DNA of 64,000 nucleotides. It comes from Syntrophorhabdaceae bacterium (GTDB lineage Bacteria > Desulfobacterota > Syntrophorhabdia > Syntrophorhabdales > Syntrophorhabdaceae). This document shows, one piece after another, positions 9,666 to 18,592 of the stretch. The notes under the pieces are model-generated. The model was not told the DNA's origin and made no database searches. It saw only the letters and a program-made list of their open reading frames with translations. Position numbers and translations under genes: made by a program. Position 1 is the stretch's first letter. Every line of letters starts with the position of its first letter. The stretch covers positions 3,584,001 to 3,648,000 of the forward strand of contig OY762209.1 in the NCBI GenBank assembly GCA_963665295.1. The letters are read 5' to 3'.

Positions 9666-11261
9666 TTAGTGTGCGGCCGTCGAGTGCGCTTCTCCCCGGA
9701 CAGCCTTCAGGAAAAAGGCTGCCCCGTCGGATTTGAGCTTGCGTCGCGAGACCCGGTCCATGTATAACTGGTGACCTCCGTTGTAGTACTCTAGGGTGAC
9801 CCTTGATCTGAGATCCGTATCCGGACCCATGCGATCGAAGGTATACTTTGTGGCGAAATAGGGGGTGACCAGGTCATAGTAGCCGCTTGCCACAAAGACC
9901 TTCAGAAACCTATTCTGGTTGAGAGCCATTGCAAGGCTGGTCGTTACGTTCACATAGCCTCCGGCGGCCGAGCCCCAATTCCATTCATTGAAGGTCTTCT
10001 CGGATAAAAATTCATAGGGGATGTCGCTTTCATATCGCAATTCCCGTCTCAGGTAGTCGTTAAATGCCGATAGCATGGGGGCCGTGACATCAAACATGCT
10101 CGGGTCCTCCATAAAGGTCTCCGCCCTGTAACGACCGGTATACCTCGAATCATAAAGACCCGGGCGAAGGTTGCCTTCTTCGAAGAGCAGCCTTGAAAAT
10201 GACCGCCTGTCGATGCGGAGATTAGAGTTCCTGATGAATTGGGGCTTGAGGCCCGTGTAAGCGGCGAGTTTTTCGACAATGGCTTCCTTTTCCGATGTGG
10301 AGATAGTATATCCCTTGGCAAGGGCTACGAGATAGTCGCTAAGGGCAAAACGTTCAATTTCCTTTCTTGTCCTGTCGGGATCTGCCCCGAGGCCCGGAGA
10401 GAGTCGCTTATGGTACATCGCGGTAAGGGTGTACGAAGGCAGAAAGAGCGCGTAGGCGAGGTCGTTGTCCGGGCCGGGCGCGATAGTCTGAAAGTTGAGG
10501 ATCGAGGAAATGAGGGCCAGGCCGTTGAGGGCCATGCCCACCTTATCCTGGAGATACTTTGAGAGGGCCGCCGCCCTCGTGGTGCCGTAGCTTTCACCGG
10601 CGAGAAACTTGGGGGAAAGCCAGCGTTCATTTCGGGCACAATAAAGCCTGATGAATTGAGCAATTGACTCGACATCCCTCTGAATGCCGTGAAACTCCTC
10701 TCCTTTGACGCCCTCGGCAGGTCTGCTGTAACCGGTGCCCACGGGATCGATAAAGACGAGGTCTGTGAAATCAAGCCACGTCTCTTCGTTGGTTACCCAT
10801 TCGTACGGAGCAGGCAGTCCTTTTCCGTCATCGGAAAGGAGCGCTCTTTTAGGACCGAGGGCACCGATGTGGAGCCATACCGATGCGGCTCCAGGTCCGC
10901 CGTTAAAGGCGAATGTGAGGGGCCTCCCGGTTTTCTCCGGTCCATGTTCCCTGACGTAGGAGGTAAAAAAGACATACGCGGTGGGCTTACCCGACCCGTC
11001 GGTCAAGGGCATATAGCCTGCGGTAGCGGTATATTTGAGAAGCCTGCCGTTGATCATTATGGAATGGTGTGTTACCGAGGGTTTTTGGTCCCAGGGCAGC
11101 TTCTTCTCTTCCTTCCCAACCGAACCGGCGGCCGGCTCCTGCGGTCGTTTTTGCGTCTGCCCCGCGTTCTTCGTTTCCGCGTGAATCATACAAGGCATGA
11201 CAAAGAACATGAGAACCAGCAAGGCTACAGCAATAAGGGTGCGGGAGTATGCCTGCTTCAT
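9666..11261 (-). CDS. Serine carboxypeptidase, peptidase S10 family, with signal peptide
   Basis: FAFNGGPGAAS, DLVFIDPVGTGYS, GESYGT nucleophile elbow, GYYDLVTP, GGHQLY. Confidence 0.92.
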   Translation of the reverse strand: MKQAYSRTLIAVALLVLMFFVMPCMIHAETKNAGQTQKRPQEPAAGSVGKEEKKLPWDQKPSVTHHSIMINGRLLKYTATAGYMPLTDGSGKPTAYVFFTSYVREHGPEKTGRPLTFAFNGGPGAASVWLHIGALGPKRALLSDDGKGLPAPYEWVTNEETWLDFTDLVFIDPVGTGYSRPAEGVKGEEFHGIQRDVESIAQFIRLYCARNERWLSPKFLAGESYGTTRAAALSKYLQDKVGMALNGLALISSILNFQTIAPGPDNDLAYALFLPSYTLTAMYHKRLSPGLGADPDRTRKEIERFALSDYLVALAKGYTISTSEKEAIVEKLAAYTGLKPQFIRNSNLRIDRRSFSRLLFEEGNLRPGLYDSRYTGRYRAETFMEDPSMFDVTAPMLSAFNDYLRRELRYESDIPYEFLSEKTFNEWNWGSAAGGYVNVTTSLAMALNQNRFLKVFVASGYYDLVTPYFATKYTFDRMGPDTDLRSRVTLEYYNGGHQLYMDRVSRRKLKSDGAAFFLKAVRGEAHSTAAH

Positions 11262-11463
11262 ACTTTTTCTCCTTCCTTCGGGGTCGTCGAAATATTCTCA
11301 CCTTTAAGGTAATACAGAATACCGTCTTCCGGACAATTATTCCAGATGAATCCGCGCACGGGCGATCGCGGGCGGTAAGACGAGGGGGAAGAATAAATGT
11401 ACATATTCCGTGAGAGAGGGACCATTGAAAGAGATGCCGGATAATCGGGCAGGCAGCCTTGGC

Positions 11464-11490
11464 AAAAAAAAGGGGGGGGTAACCCCCCCC
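11464..11490 (-). terminator. Intrinsic terminator of the small secreted protein gene
   Basis: G8-TTA-C8 hairpin followed by T8 on the minus strand, just after the stop at 11500. Confidence 0.8.
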
Positions 11491-11499
11491 ATAAATGAA

Positions 11500-11760
11500 C
11501 TACTTCTTTTCCGGGGCAGGGGCGGGCGCTGCTGCCGGTTTCTCTTCCGGTTTCGCATCTTTCTTGTCGGCTTTCTTGTCGGCTTTCTTCTCTGCTTTCT
11601 TCTCAGCCTTCTTCTCAGCTTTCTTGTCGGCTTTCTTCTCAGGTGCTGCTGCTGCGGCTTTGTCGGCAGGTGCTGCTGCGGGCTTGTCCTGCGTGAAACC
11701 GGTTGCTACGAAAACGACGCTGATCATAACTGCGAGTACGAACATTACGACTTTCTTCAT
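11500..11760 (-). CDS. Small secreted low-complexity Ala/Lys/Glu-rich protein (A[DE]KK repeats)
   Basis: Signal peptide MKKVVMFVLAV.., tandem 12-bp repeats, GAGGTGA RBS, own terminator and sigma54-type promoter. Confidence 0.8.
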   Translation of the reverse strand: MKKVVMFVLAVMISVVFVATGFTQDKPAAAPADKAAAAAPEKKADKKAEKKAEKKAEKKADKKADKKDAKPEEKPAAAPAPAPEKK

Positions 11761-11811
11761 GCTTCTTCACCTCATTATTTGAATTTTGTTGCGTATACAG
11801 TTTTTGTACTT

Positions 11812-11827
11812 TGCATTTACGGTGCCA
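11812..11827 (-). promoter_or_regulatory. Sigma54 (-24/-12) promoter
   Basis: TGGCACCGTAAATGCA = GG-N10-GC, ~50 bp upstream of ATG 11760. Confidence 0.7.
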
Positions 11828-12088
11828 AACAGAGCCATCCGTGATAAGGCGCCAATATTACAGGGAGTGTTGTTTGAAGACGGCGTGCGGTTATTCGTGA
11901 AATGACGAAACGAAAGTTCACTATTCGTCAAATAAAGAAAAATGATTTTCATTTCCCGACAGGAAAACCGGAACAGGCAAATCCGGGAAGCGGTAGATGT
12001 GGCAATATCTCACAATCCGTACTACAATTTGGAAGGAAGGACAACTACCTCGGAATGGAGAGGAAAGACGGATCGAGAAGAGGAGACA

Positions 12089-12775
12089 ATGAAAATAATA
12101 AGCATTATAGGCAGTCCGAATGGGATGAGAGGGAATACGGGAGCATTGCTGGAAATCGTTCTTGAAGGAGCGCGAAATCAGGGAGCGGAGACCCGCACTG
12201 TTGCGGTGAAGGCGGGAGAAGTGAAGCCGTGCCTGGGTTGTGATACATGTCATAAAAAAGGCGTTTGCCCGCAGAAGGATGAATTCAACGAAATCAAGGA
12301 AAGGGTTATGGAAGCCGACGGGGTGATTCTCGCGAGCCCGAACTACATATTCCATGTGAGCGCCCAGTTAAAGGCTTTCATCGACCGTTGCTGCGGGGTT
12401 GTTCATTGCCTAGGCTTTGAGGGCAAGTACGGGGCTTCGGTGGTGAGCTCGGGCGGAGGAGAGGAGAGGCCTATTGCCGAGTACATGAACTATTTCCTCG
12501 CAGTCACAGGTGTTATGCCGGTAGGCGCAGTGTGGGCCACAATGTCTCAGATAGAGGGACGGAATTTCCCGGAAGACGTGAGAGAGAAAGCATTCGCCCT
12601 CGGCAAAAGACTGGTAACGGCATGGTCCGCAAGGGAAAGAACTGCTGAATATGCAGACGTGACGTCACGCTTCAGGGAACGCATGCGGTCCCTGGTTCTC
12701 TGGCGCAAGGAGGAATGGCCCCACGAATATGGATACTGGCGGGACCGTGACCTTAAGGGCGGCATGAATCCCTGA
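12089..12775 (+). CDS. Flavodoxin-family iron-sulfur flavoprotein (NADPH-dependent FMN reductase-like)
   Basis: IIGSP..GNT, CLGCDTC....VC Fe-S motif, DGVILASPNY, SAQLKAFIDR; AGGAG RBS before ATG 12089. Confidence 0.88.
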   Translation: MKIISIIGSPNGMRGNTGALLEIVLEGARNQGAETRTVAVKAGEVKPCLGCDTCHKKGVCPQKDEFNEIKERVMEADGVILASPNYIFHVSAQLKAFIDRCCGVVHCLGFEGKYGASVVSSGGGEERPIAEYMNYFLAVTGVMPVGAVWATMSQIEGRNFPEDVREKAFALGKRLVTAWSARERTAEYADVTSRFRERMRSLVLWRKEEWPHEYGYWRDRDLKGGMNP

Positions 12776-12811
12776 GAAAGGTCTTCCTCCTTGTTTTGTA
12801 ACTGCCCCTGC

Positions 12812-13045
12812 TCAGCCTCCGCAGCAGCGCCCGGGGGTGTCGCATGAGTTGGGGTCTCCGCAGCAGCCTCCGGGAGGCGGGCTGAAGGAAGGTGTCTGGC
12901 CTCCCATGGAAATATTGGGCGCGGACATCAGCTTCGTGAGGTTGGAACTGCCGCACTCCTTGCAGGAGAACTGTTCATCCTTTCGCAACTGAAGTATCTC
13001 GTTCACTGTTCCGCATTTTTCGCAGCGGTACTCAAAAATGGGCAT
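12812..13045 (-). CDS. FmdB-family zinc-ribbon protein with Cys-rich tail
   Basis: MPIFEYRCEKCG...CKECGS..L.KLMS; tail GGCCG...C...RCCGG; AAGGAG RBS. Confidence 0.88.
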   Translation of the reverse strand: MPIFEYRCEKCGTVNEILQLRKDEQFSCKECGSSNLTKLMSAPNISMGGQTPSFSPPPGGCCGDPNSCDTPGRCCGG

Positions 13046-13055
13046 TGCCTTCTCC

Positions 13056-13436
13056 TTAGTGGGCGCATCCGTGCTGGTGGTCGTGTCCGCCGCACGCATG
13101 CTGCAGGGTAAGCTCGGGAAGACCGCTCGCGGAAAGGAGGGTCATATTTTCCTTTACGCTGGGAGCTACGGCTCTGTAGACCTTGATTCCCCTGGAATTA
13201 AGGCCCTGTATTGCTCCGGCTCCGATGCCGCCCACAACCACGGCGTCCACGTCTTGCCCTCCCATGGCCATGATGGGATTGCATGCGCCATGTACGTGGT
13301 GGATGTCGGCGTTGCTTACTGTGGTTGTGTTTTGAACTTCCGTATCGACGAGAATAAATGTGGGCGCTGAGCCGAAGTGATTATAGACGATACTATCCAA
13401 GCCGTTATTCTCCTGTACTGGAAAACATACTTTCAT
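13056..13436 (-). CDS. NifB/NifX-family (FeMo-cofactor binding-like) protein
   Basis: MKVCFP..HFGSAP.F, HHVHGACNP, VDAVVVGGIGAGA, C-terminal CGGH..HGCAH. Confidence 0.88.
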   Translation of the reverse strand: MKVCFPVQENNGLDSIVYNHFGSAPTFILVDTEVQNTTTVSNADIHHVHGACNPIMAMGGQDVDAVVVGGIGAGAIQGLNSRGIKVYRAVAPSVKENMTLLSASGLPELTLQHACGGHDHQHGCAH

Positions 13437-13500
13437 GCGCTGCCTCCGATGAGTTGCTTTATTTGGAACGGCCCGGTTTGGCGCGGGGCGTTACATAGAG

Positions 13501-13584
13501 ATTATAATCATATGCTCATAATATGTCAATAGGGTCCATTTTTGCTGTTGACATTTCTTTGTTATAATCATATGTTCAAAATAT
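13501..13584. promoter_or_regulatory. Back-to-back sigma70 promoters, each carrying a 23-bp CATATG-centred repeat
   Basis: Minus: TTGACA(13529-13524)-17-TATAAT(13506-13501). Plus: TTGACA(13548-13553)-17-TATGTT(13571-13576). Repeats 13502-13524 and 13562-13584 are 21/23 identical. Confidence 0.75.
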
Positions 13585-13603
13585 CAGCAAGAGGAGGGAA
13601 CCT

Positions 13604-14134
13604 ATGGAGGAAAACAGGGAAAAGGGAAAGGCTTGGAATCCTTACGTTGCGGGCGTTTTGACGGGTCTGCTTCTCATCTTCTCCGCGTGGTTCACGGGAA
13701 AATATGTGGGGGCCTCAACAACGTTTGTGCGGACGGCCGGTTTTATCGAGCAGGTTTTTGCGGAAGAGAGGGTGGGCAAAATGGAGTATTTTGTGAAAGA
13801 GATGCCCAAAATTGACTGGCAATGGATGTTTGTGGCAGGCATTTTCTTCGGCGCCCTCGTCGCCTCGGTCACCTCCCGAACTTTCCGGTGGCAGGCCGTA
13901 CCGGTTACATGGAGTGAGCGATTCGGATCGGGAAGAACAAGAAGGGCTCTTACCGCTTTTGCAGGCGGGGCGATAGCGATGTTCGGAGCGCGACTGGCGG
14001 ATGGGTGACCGAGCGGGCATGGGCTGAGCGGTTCGCTTCAGCTGGCGGTGAGTGGTTACATATCCCTGGTCTGCTTCTTTGTAGGCGGTGTTATTGTCGC
14101 CAATTTACTTTACAGGGGAGGTAAAGGACGATGA
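13604..14134 (+). CDS. YeeE/YedE-family thiosulfate/chalcogen transporter subunit, putative selenoprotein (in-frame UGA 14006-14008)
   Basis: WNPYVAG, GARLADG-[TGA]-PSGHGLSG matches the family GAR.A.GCTSGH..SG motif; frame stays open to TGA 14132-14134, which overlaps the next ATG (ATGA). Confidence 0.85.
14023..14042 (+). promoter_or_regulatory. Putative bacterial SECIS hairpin
   Basis: GCTGA-GCG-GTT-CGC-T-TCAGC stem-loop, G-containing apical loop 22 nt after the UGA. Confidence 0.7.
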
Positions 14135-14658
14135 ACGAACTCGTTTACGGGCTCATAACAGGCGTTATTTTCGGACTTCTCCTTCAGAAAGCCCGGGTGA
14201 TCCGATATGACATGCAGCTCGGAGCGCTGCTCCTCAAGGACATGACAATCGTGAAGTTCATGTTTACTACCATCCTTACGGCCATGGTCGGAGTCTACTT
14301 TCTGAAAGACCTCGGTATGGTGAAACTTGCGGTGAAGCCGACCGTTCTGGGCGCGAATATCATAGGGGGTCTTATCTTTGGAGCTGGATGGGCTCTTCTC
14401 GGATATTGTCCGGGCACGTCTCTCGGGGCGCTGGGAGAAGGGCGCTGGGACGCGGTCTGGGGCATCCTCGGGATGCTTGTAGGGGCCGCGGCATTTGCGG
14501 AAGTATATCCGATTATGAAGGGGAGTGTGCTTAAGTGGGGCGTATATGGTAAAATTACCATACCGGGAATAATCGGGATAAACCACTGGATAGTCATTGC
14601 GGCGTTTGTCGTTGTTGGTCTTGTCATGTTCCGGTGGTTCGAAAAGAAAGGGGTCTGA
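14131..14658 (+). CDS. YeeE/YedE-family membrane protein, second half-size subunit
   Basis: G..FG.LLQK, GGLIFGAGWALLGYCPGT, GEGR motifs; multiple TM helices. Confidence 0.88.
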   Translation: MNELVYGLITGVIFGLLLQKARVIRYDMQLGALLLKDMTIVKFMFTTILTAMVGVYFLKDLGMVKLAVKPTVLGANIIGGLIFGAGWALLGYCPGTSLGALGEGRWDAVWGILGMLVGAAAFAEVYPIMKGSVLKWGVYGKITIPGIIGINHWIVIAAFVVVGLVMFRWFEKKGV

Positions 14659-14706
14659 CAAGGACCGGAGTACGGCAAAAAAATTACAGGAGGTCAAGGG
14701 GTTGAT

Positions 14707-15057
14707 ATGGTAGACGAGTGGATAAAGGAGATAAAGAGAGACTTTCATCCGGATAAGGTGGGCATGATCCTTGTGCACAACGGAGTGGTACGTGGTACGT
14801 CGAAGGAAGGCGGCCTGGTAAAAGGAATGATATTGTCTGTTGACAGGAAGCTGTTGGCGTCCAAGGTAGAGGAGTTGAAGAAAAAAGAGGGTATTGCGGA
14901 GATCAGGGCATGGCTTAACGAAGGAGAGCTGCATGTAGGGGATGACATAATGTATCTTCTTGTGGCAGGGCGGTTCAGGACCGATGTCTTGCCCGTCTTG
15001 CAGGAGTTGCTCACTACGGTGAAGAAGGACGTGGTGAAGGAAAAGGAGATCATGTGA
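14707..15057 (+). CDS. moaE: Short MoaE-like molybdopterin synthase large-subunit family protein
   Basis: GMILVHNGVVRGT, NEGEL.VGDDIM.L.VAG.FR; AGGAGG RBS. Confidence 0.7.
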   Translation: MVDEWIKEIKRDFHPDKVGMILVHNGVVRGTSKEGGLVKGMILSVDRKLLASKVEELKKKEGIAEIRAWLNEGELHVGDDIMYLLVAGRFRTDVLPVLQELLTTVKKDVVKEKEIM

Positions 15058-15740
15058 TGAAGAAGGGTGGCCTTACAAACTGTGCGCAGTGCGATGTGCC
15101 TCTCGGCGAGCGGATTTGCATGACCCCGGAGGGTAGATCGGGAAAGGGATGCCCCACTGGCGGCAAAAGGAAGCTCCTTGGAAAGGCGCTTGCCGAGTAC
15201 AAAGATGAGGGGGTCAGAGAATTTGCAAGGCAATCGTTCCTTCAGGAGGCGGAGTGCTATGCGGGAAGGGAGAAAAGTCCTTATGTAATGCATCCGGTAA
15301 AACCAAGAATGCTGGAGATTATGGAGTTCGCCCGCAGGATGAATTACAGGAAGCTGGGTCTCGTCTTCTGCGCGGGCCTCGCAAAAGAAGGGCGGATAGT
15401 CGGTCAACTTCTCGAGAACTATGGTTTCGAAGTCGTGTCGGTGGCGTGCAAGGCGGGCGGAGTGTCAAAGAAGGAAGTAGGCGTAAAGGATGAGGAGCAG
15501 ATATACAGGGGTAGTCATGAAACCATGTGTAATCCGGTATTTCAGGCTATGATCGTCAATGAAGCCGGGACTGACTTCAACATTCTCCTGGGCCTCTGCG
15601 TAGGTCACGACTCCCTGTACTTCAAGTATGCAACTGCACCTACCACGGTTCTCGCAGTAAAGGACCGCGTAGCCGGACATAACCCCCTGGCGTGTATCAA
15701 CATGATGGAAAACTATTCCGCATGGATAGGGAGCCCTTGA
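15057..15740 (+). CDS. DUF1847 family Cys-rich putative metal-binding protein
   Basis: CAQC..C..GCP, R..EI.EFAR.MNY.KLG..FC.GL, CKAGG, MCNP..QA, GLCVGHDSL, VKDRV.GHNPLA. Confidence 0.85.
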   Translation: MKKGGLTNCAQCDVPLGERICMTPEGRSGKGCPTGGKRKLLGKALAEYKDEGVREFARQSFLQEAECYAGREKSPYVMHPVKPRMLEIMEFARRMNYRKLGLVFCAGLAKEGRIVGQLLENYGFEVVSVACKAGGVSKKEVGVKDEEQIYRGSHETMCNPVFQAMIVNEAGTDFNILLGLCVGHDSLYFKYATAPTTVLAVKDRVAGHNPLACINMMENYSAWIGSP

Positions 15741-16186
15741 TGAACCCCGACGGATTGTCCGGGGAGGTGTTTTTGCGGGCCACAGGTTTTATTGATTCCG
15801 AAAACGACGAAATCAGGAGAGTCGCCCGCGAGATTTGCGAAGGCGCCTCAACGCCGGAACAAAGAGCAGTGAGGCTCTTCACCTTTGTCAGGGACGAGAT
15901 CCGCTATAACGCCTACATGATATCCACCCATCCCGAAGACTTCAAGGCAAGCACGACCTTGGGGAGGCAACAGGGATATTGCGTGCAGAAGGCTATACTG
16001 TTTGCCGCCCTTGGCAGGGCCTCGGGCATACCGACGCGCCTTGTCTTCGCGAAGATAAGGAACCACAGACTTTCCGGTCGTCTGATGCGGGAGATCGGGA
16101 CGAATATGCTGCCCGCCCACGGCTACAACCAACTCTACGTGGGAGAGCGGTGGGTGAGCGTCACTCCATCATTCGAAAGAGCACTA

Positions 16187-17406
16187 TTGTCACATCACAC
16201 TTGTAATGTCGTATAGTATGATATAGAATCTCCTCAAGGGTTAAATTTCACCATGGGGAGGTCCGAATGATAAAATATAGGGTGGTGCTCGAAAAAGAAG
16301 AGCGAAAGGAACTTGAAGGCGTGGTGCAAAAAGGAAATCATAAAGCCCAAAAGGTGCTCAATGCGCTGGTTCTTCTCAATTGCGATCAGGGCCGGTTCCA
16401 GGACCACCCGATGAAGAACGAGGATATATCGGCAGTGTTGCGAATCAGCATGCGTAAGATAGATAGAGTAAAAAAGCGATTCGTGGAAGAAGGACTTGAG
16501 ACTGCCCTTACCGGACACAAAGCAGAGCGAGTCTACGAGAAGAAGGCGGATGGCGATTTCGAGGCCCACCTCATTGCCTTGAGCTGTAGCGAACCACCAG
16601 AAGGTTTTGCGAGGTGGACCTTGCGTATGCTCGCGAACCGGGCCGTAGCGCTCAATTATATCGAGAATATCTCCTATGAAACCGTGCGTCGGGTTTTAAA
16701 AAAACGAAACAAAACCCTGGAAGCAGCAAGGATGGGTCATTCCACCGGAGGGCAATGCTGATTTCGTCGCCGCCATGGAGAACGTACTCGATGTATATAA
16801 ACGCCCGTATGATAAAAGATTCCCGGTGGTCTGTATGGATGAAACCCCAAGACAACTGATCAAAGAAACGCGTACCCCGATTCCCCGCGCTCCGGGACGG
16901 CTCGAGCGTCACGACTACGAATACGAGCGATGTGGCGTCTGTACCGTATTTATGGCCAACGAACCATTGGCGGGCACGCGCCTGACCAAGGTATCGGAAA
17001 GGAGAACGAAGCGCGACTGGGCGGAGTTCATCCGGGAACTTTCAGGACGGTATGGAAAGGCCAAAAGGATCACCCTTGTCATGGATAACCTGAACACCCA
17101 TAAACCCGGCTCTCTTTATGAAGCCTTTTCTCCCGAAGAGGCAAAACGCATCTGGGACCGCTTTGAATTCGTCTATACTCCCAAACATGGAAGCTGGCTC
17201 AATATGGCGGAGATTGAGCTTAACGTGCTCATTCATCAATGCCTGAGTCGCCGGATCGACACTCTCGCCGAGGTCCACTCCGCCGTGTCTGCCTGGCAGG
17301 CCCATCGCGACAATCTCAACGCAAAGGTGAACTGGCAATTTACTACTAAGGATGCGCGGGTGAAACTTAGGCGACTTTATCCGACATTAGATGAGTGACG
17401 TGACAC
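16187..17406 (+). mobile_element. IS630-family insertion sequence (1220 bp)
   Basis: TA duplication (16185-16186, 17407-17408); terminal IRs TTGTCACATCAC / GTGACGTGACAC (10/12). Confidence 0.92.
16267..17398 (+). CDS. IS630 transposase in two frames joined by a probable -1 frameshift
   Basis: orfA HTH region (PPEG.ARWTLR.LA); A7 run at 16698-16704 shifts into KNETKPW..; DDE motifs VCMDE, VMDNLNTH, TPKHGSWLNMAE. Confidence 0.9.
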
Positions 17407-17648
17407 TATGTGAAAAGACAGGAATTCCCGTGGTTGAGTTTGACGGCAGACACGATGCGGTGTTGGCGGCTGCCGACGTCGCGGGAAATCCCTTCGTGGA
17501 GTACGTGGAAAAGTATGGTCCTGAAAGCGATCTCCCTTTCCAATGGCTCAAGGAAAAGGTTTACCCCGTGTGGGGCGACAAGGCATCGTGGTTGAATGAA
17601 AGCGACTCAAGGGGGCACGTAATGCCCTCGGGGTATCGGTTTTAATGG

Positions 17649-18017
17649 TCAGTAAATAGAGCGTATCCTGCCGCTTCTTTTGTCGATGATGAGCCGGTCG
17701 ATGGGCTTGCCTTCGGAGTCGGTTATCTCTGCCTCGAAGTATCTCCTCCGCTCTTCAACTTTTCCCACCTGTACTGTTTTCCCTGAACCGGAAAAGTATT
17801 TCTCCATGGCTTCTTTTGCTTCATCGGCCGTTTTGACGACCCTCCGCGCGCCATAAGGGCCCCACCGGTGGCCCGGGCAGTAACGCCCGTAAGGCATACC
17901 CTCGTAAGAATCGGGGCCTCCCCCGCCGCGCCCCCACCAGGGCTGGGCGTAAGACTCGGCTGAAGCCGACATCATCGCCAGAAAGGCTATAACAAGTATC
18001 ATCCCACGGGCTGCCAT
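17649..18017 (-). CDS. Secreted protein with a PepSY-like C-terminal domain
   Basis: Signal peptide, Gly-rich linker, T.DEAK...YFEAEI...D.LIIDKRSG.IRSIY. Confidence 0.65.
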   Translation of the reverse strand: MAARGMILVIAFLAMMSASAESYAQPWWGRGGGGPDSYEGMPYGRYCPGHRWGPYGARRVVKTADEAKEAMEKYFSGSGKTVQVGKVEERRRYFEAEITDSEGKPIDRLIIDKRSGRIRSIY

Positions 18018-18035
18018 CTTGACTCCTGTAATGAA

Positions 18036-18060
18036 CGGACCCCGGACTCACCGGGGTCCG
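18036..18060. terminator. Intergenic hairpin
   Basis: CGGACCCCGG-ACTCA-CCGGGGTCCG perfect 10-bp stem. Confidence 0.45.
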
Positions 18061-18080
18061 CCTTCAAGGTTCGCTACCTT

Positions 18081-18518
18081 TTACCGCATCGGACAGTTGC
18101 CTGCCCCATAACCGCGGCCTCCCGCCATATGCGGGCCATAACCATGGCCGCGTCCGCCCATTCCCATACCGAAGCCCGCAGGTAATCCCTGTTTCTCGGC
18201 TGCGGTCCGGATCTTAAGGCGAAGATCAATGATCTCCTTCTGGAGCCCGGCTATTTTGGCCTGGTCCGGTTTGTCCTTCAAATACTCGTTCCGGATCTCG
18301 ACGCGCTTTGCCATGGCCTCGTCTCTGAGCGGAAGGGTCTCTTTCTGAAAGGCCCTGAGTGCATTCACATCCACCGGCTTGTTGACCGCAGGTCCGGCGC
18401 CGTACCCTGCTCCGCGAGGACCACCGCCATAACCCATGCCACACCATGCCTGAGCCGAGGCGCCCAAAAGGGCCAATCCAACCACTGCCACTAAAGCCAC
18501 TACCCATATCTTTTTCAT
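18081..18518 (-). CDS. Periplasmic ZraP/Spy/CpxP-like stress protein
   Basis: Signal peptide, Gly/Met-rich termini, core F.KET..LR....KR.E....PD..KI..L.KEI..LR. Confidence 0.8.
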   Translation of the reverse strand: MKKIWVVALVAVVGLALLGASAQAWCGMGYGGGPRGAGYGAGPAVNKPVDVNALRAFQKETLPLRDEAMAKRVEIRNEYLKDKPDQAKIAGLQKEIIDLRLKIRTAAEKQGLPAGFGMGMGGRGHGYGPHMAGGRGYGAGNCPMR

Positions 18519-18592
18519 TCCTTTGTCCCTCCTTTATTGGGATTATTTATAGTATGAGTATAAAGGAGGAATGTGAAGGGGTGACGAAGAGA

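Larger units (their letters stand above)
15740..17645 (+). pseudogene. Transglutaminase-like family gene interrupted by an IS630 element
   Basis: 5' part 15740-16186 (FVRDEIRYN, GYCVQKA, HGYNQLYV..W) and 3' part 17409-17645 rejoin in frame (..FERAL|CEKTGIPVVEFDG..) once the IS and one TA are removed; 227 aa. Confidence 0.88.
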
